This document shows positions 60,218 through 64,000 of a stretch of 64,000 bases of DNA, piece after piece (within the stretch, counting starts at the first letter, position 1; every line of letters starts with the position of its first letter). The stretch comes from Basidiobolus meristosporus CBS 931.73. Its lineage: Eukaryota > Fungi > Basidiobolomycota. The notes beneath the pieces were generated by a model that had not been told where the DNA came from, ran no database searches, and worked only from the letters and a program-made list of their open reading frames with translations. A program made the position numbers and the translations under genes. Location: NCBI GenBank assembly GCA_002104905.1, contig MCFE01000369.1, forward strand, positions 21,420 through 85,419, written 5' to 3'.

Positions 60218-62991
60218 ATACAAGATACACATGGGTCTACTTCATGGAGAGAAAGGAAGAAGATCTGTCTAAGCTCAGGGAGTTCAAAGCCATGGTGGAG
60301 AGAGAAACTGGTGAAAAAATCAAGAAAATACGCTCTGACAATGGTGGAGAATATACCTCAAAACTCTTCATCCACTTCTGCAAAATTCATGGGATAAAGC
60401 AAGAGACTACTGTACCATACTCCCCACAACAAAATGGAGTAGCAGAATGTGTAAACCGATCAATAATTGATATGGCAAGATCTATGGTTCATGATCAAAA
60501 TTATCCTATGATTTTTGAGTGCAATCAGCTTGCTACTGCTGTATACCTTGAAAATAGGAGTTATAACAGAATACCTCGTGATTCTACTCCATTTGAAGCA
60601 TGGTATGGATACAGACCAAGTGCAGAACAACTAAGATTATTTGGGTGTACAGCATATGCCAAAAAACTGGCCGGAAATCAGTCAAAATTTGAGCCAAAAA
60701 GTGTAAAATGCATATTTTTGGGCTACTGCAGTGAGAGTAAGGCATACAGACTCTACAATACCAAAGCAAAGAAGCTGATCAAGTCCAGGGATGTGCTGTT
60801 TGATGAAAATTCAAAATTTCACAAAAAATGACATCAGATGATGACAAAAATTTGATCTCAAGTCCACCAATTGTCAGAATTGAATCAGAGCAAAACAATG
60901 AAAATTTCTTCACTCCAGAGGACTCTACAACCATGGTTCAGCCAGAATCAGTGCCCAGGAATATCCAAGAAGTGATCATTCCAGTATCAAATGCCCAGTG
61001 ATCCAATTGGACAAGAAATAGCCCAAATTACTATATCCATGAGGGTACAAACTTAGCCTATGCCTATTCAGTCCATATTGATGAACCCCAGACTGTAATA
61101 GAGGCCCCAAATAGCCCTCAGATGAAGTTTTGGAGATCTGCAATGACTGAGGAATATCAGGCCCTGATGGAAAATCAAACTTGGGACTTGGTCAAATTAC
61201 CAATCAGCCAAAAATCAATTGGATGAAGATGGGTCTTCAAGACAAAATACAAGGCTGATGGTACAGTTGAAAGATACAAAGCAAGACTTGTAGCCAAAGG
61301 ATACTTTCAAACAAAAGGACTTGACTATACTGAGACCTTTGCACCAGTAGCCAAGTTTAATTCCATCAGATTAATATTGGCTGTTGCAGCCAAATACAAG
61401 TTTTTTATTCATCAAATGGATGTAAAAACTGCATTTTTGAATGGAGAACTTGATGAGGACATGTATATGAACCTGCCTGATGGGCTTGTTGACAAAGATA
61501 CCCCCCATTTGGTCTGCAAGCTTAAAAAGTCACTATATGGTCTCAAGCAATCACCAAGAGCCTGGAATTGCAAGATAGATTCTTGTTTGGAATCTTTGAG
61601 TTTCAAAAGGAGTAATGCTGACTATAGTATATACTACAAGCAAGATAGAGCAAGTCCAGCTCTATTAGCTCTATATGTGAATGATCCTATTATAGCCACC
61701 AATAACCTAGCAACATTGGAAGAGACTAAATCCAGTCTATCTAAGGAGTTCAAGATGTCCAATCTAGGAGAACTTAGTTACTACTTAGGGATTAAGCTCT
61801 CCATAGACAGAAGTACCCAGACTATCACCTTAAGCCAATCCAAGTATATTCAAGATATACCAAAGAAGTTTAATATGGAAGACTGTAAACCAGCAGCTAC
61901 CCCAATGGAGACAAACCTTAACTTGGTCAAAACTCAGCCAAATCAAGAGAGCTTGGTGCCATCTGAATGCCCTGTCTTTCCTTATCAATCTATTGTTGGC
62001 AGTCTGATGTATATCATGCTTGGAACATGTCTGGATATCTCATATTCAGTGGGAGTTGTCAGCCAACATAATCAGAACTATGGATCTGATCATATTGCAG
62101 CAGTTAAGCGGATATTTAGATACCTAAAAGGAACTGCTGATATCTGCTTAAGATACACTTATAAGGACTCAGAACAAGATCCTGTGGGATACTCTGATGC
62201 AGATTGGGTACAAAATTTAGAAGACAGAAGATCCACCACAGGATACACCTTTCTTTACTGTCAAGGAGCAATTTCATGGAATTCAAGAAAGCAACCAACC
62301 GTAACACTTTCTACCACAGAAGCAGAGTATATGGCAGCCTGTGAAGCTACAAAAGCAGCAATGTGGTTAAGAAAACGTCTTACAGACTTAGGCCTATGTC
62401 AAAAAACGCCTATTACTTTGTTTTAAGATAATCAAGGATGTATACAATTAGGTAGAAATCCAACTTTTCATGCTAGAACCAAGCACATAGATATTAGACA
62501 TCATTTCATACATGAAGCTATAGAGAATGACTTAGTTAGCTTAGTTTACTGTCCTACAGATGAAATGATTGCAGACATATTTACCAAACCATTATCTAGA
62601 GACAAGTTTGAATATCTTAGGTCAAAATTAGGACTAGTCAGTATGAACATTTAGCTGAGTGGGAGTGTTGTAAAAATTTATATTTCCACCTAAATACTCA
62701 CCTAACTTAGTCACTTAGATCATTATCATCATATTCTAGAGTACTGACCAAAATCCTTGTTGGGATTTACTTAGAATATTTTCACCAGAATACCAGGTAC
62801 CCAGAACATGAAAATTCTCAAAGTTGTCCAAACAGCCCCAAACTTTGCACACATGTTCTTGGGACCTTCCCTAACCTATTCTATGTGTTTTTTATGCCAA
62901 GACCATGTAAAAGTATAAATACTACTTTTACATTTAATAAATCATTAAGTGAAAACCAAATAATCTACTTGTTCTCCAAATCACTTCCGAT

Positions 62992-63725
62992 AGACTTGTT
63001 CCGTTGGATAGTGCCACATTGAGCCATGAGTGCCAAATGATGCCATAGTATGCCAGAGAGGTCAAGTAAGCCTATACTTGGCCACAGAGTGTGAAACATA
63101 GCTCTGCATCTTCATGTAAAGCAGCCCCTGTGTTTCACCCATTGTGCTGGAGAAAATCCATTTTTTGACCTTTTTTTGTGGATCAATGTAGCTCAGGATG
63201 TGTGAGAGCACAGGAGAACTGAAGATATGCATCTGGTACTCAATACCCATGGCACTCTGAATCTAGCTCCTGTAGCTTGTATCATGTCACAAAAATGAAT
63301 GGCACTATATTGGTCCACTGGTACTATCTGGCACTATAAGTGCTTTGTATAGATCCTACTTTAGGGCTAATATTTAAATATAGTGCCAGATAGTACCAGT
63401 GGACCAAGATAGTGCCATTCATTTTTGTGACATGATACAAGCTACAGGAGCTAGATTCAGAGTGCCATGGGTATTGAGTACCAGATGCATATCTTCAATT
63501 TGCTTGTGCTCTAACATATCCTGCACAACATTGATCCAAAAAAAAAGATCAAAAAATGGATTTTCTCCAACACAATGGGTGAAACACAGGGGCTGCTTTG
63601 CATGAAGATGCAGAGCTATGTTTCACACCCTGTGGCAAGGTAGAGGCTCAACTGGCCTCTCTGGCACACTATGGCATCATTTGGCACTCATGGCTCAATG
63701 TGGCACTATCCAATGGAACAAGTCT
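62992..63725. mobile_element. Foldback MITE (347-bp inverted arms, 40-bp spacer) of the PHIS family seen at 54109
   Basis: Arms 62992-63338 and 63379-63725 are near-perfect reverse complements, with termini AGACTTGTTCC..GGAACAAGTCT. Inserted in the LTR at ttcc-aat-atctcc with a 3-bp TSD (GAT/AAT). Confidence 0.92.
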
Positions 63726-64000
63726 AATATCTTCAAGACTCTTACAACACCAACATACTTATCTGCCAACCTCTTTCCCAGTAATTCAGTCACTCAATAC
63801 TAAGCCTGATGATCCTCTACAAATTGGCAGTACCAAATACAAGAAACAAACAAAAGAGGAAAGTTCTATATGTTAAAGACAAGCCTCTGCCTTAACCACA
63901 GCTAACTAGGCCACTTTGCCAAGTCATGTTGTAACAAGAAGCCCAACTTTAAACTCCTTCAATTGTTTGGTGAGCAGCTAGTTCTGGAATTGTTGGGAAA

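Larger units (their letters stand above)
58724..63749 (+). mobile_element. 5'-truncated Copia (gag part, PR, IN, RT, RH, 3' LTR 62666-63749) with two nested insertions
   Basis: Colinear with 12900-16805; several stops and frameshifts; PPT at about 62654-62665. The LTR is 347 bp after removing the MITE and its TSD. Confidence 0.95.

Noticed and set aside
63750-64000. Possible gag zinc-knuckle relic (CLNHS*LGHFAKSC)
   Set aside because: Too decayed, and cut by the window edge, to call.
11000-64000. Numerous 60-130 aa ORFs in the TE block
   Set aside because: They are antisense or frameshifted pieces of Copia, CACTA and Gypsy copies, not host genes.

Overview
Eukaryotic, fungal-type genomic DNA: short GT-AG introns with CTAAC/CTGAC branch sites, a fungal-type G-gamma gene, and a Copia primer site matching the yeast-type tRNA-iMet anticodon arm. 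An early-diverging (non-Dikarya) lineage is my inference. The window has two compartments. (1) About 1-10.3 kb is a compact, CpG-rich gene island. It holds a CIP2A-like ARM/coiled-coil gene (+, 5' end outside the window), RPN3 (-), a G-protein gamma subunit (-), MAM33/C1QBP (+), and an intronless, very GC3-rich gene for a secreted six-bladed tectonin-type lectin (+). (2) About 11-64 kb is a CpG-depleted nest of transposons. One Ty1/Copia family (about 349-bp LTRs, half-tRNA-iMet PBS) has at least 7 internal copies or fragments plus solo LTRs, including one young copy with an unbroken ORF and TSD (29794-34480). A CACTA/CMC family with CCCTA termini has about 10 decayed pieces, one with both ends and a 3-bp TSD. 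There is also a Ty3/Gypsy pol remnant, solo LTRs of two LTR families, a PHIS (PIF/Harbinger-like) DDE_Tnp_4 transposase, and a related 734-bp almost fully palindromic foldback MITE. I see no clearly new multi-gene system. The best leads are the fungal CIP2A homologue, the compositionally foreign secreted tectonin, two CACTA insertions at essentially the same Copia RNase H position, the foldback MITE with its partner transposase, and a CpG-rich 'fossil' LTR at the compartment boundary. All homology calls are from remembered motifs; no database search was run.
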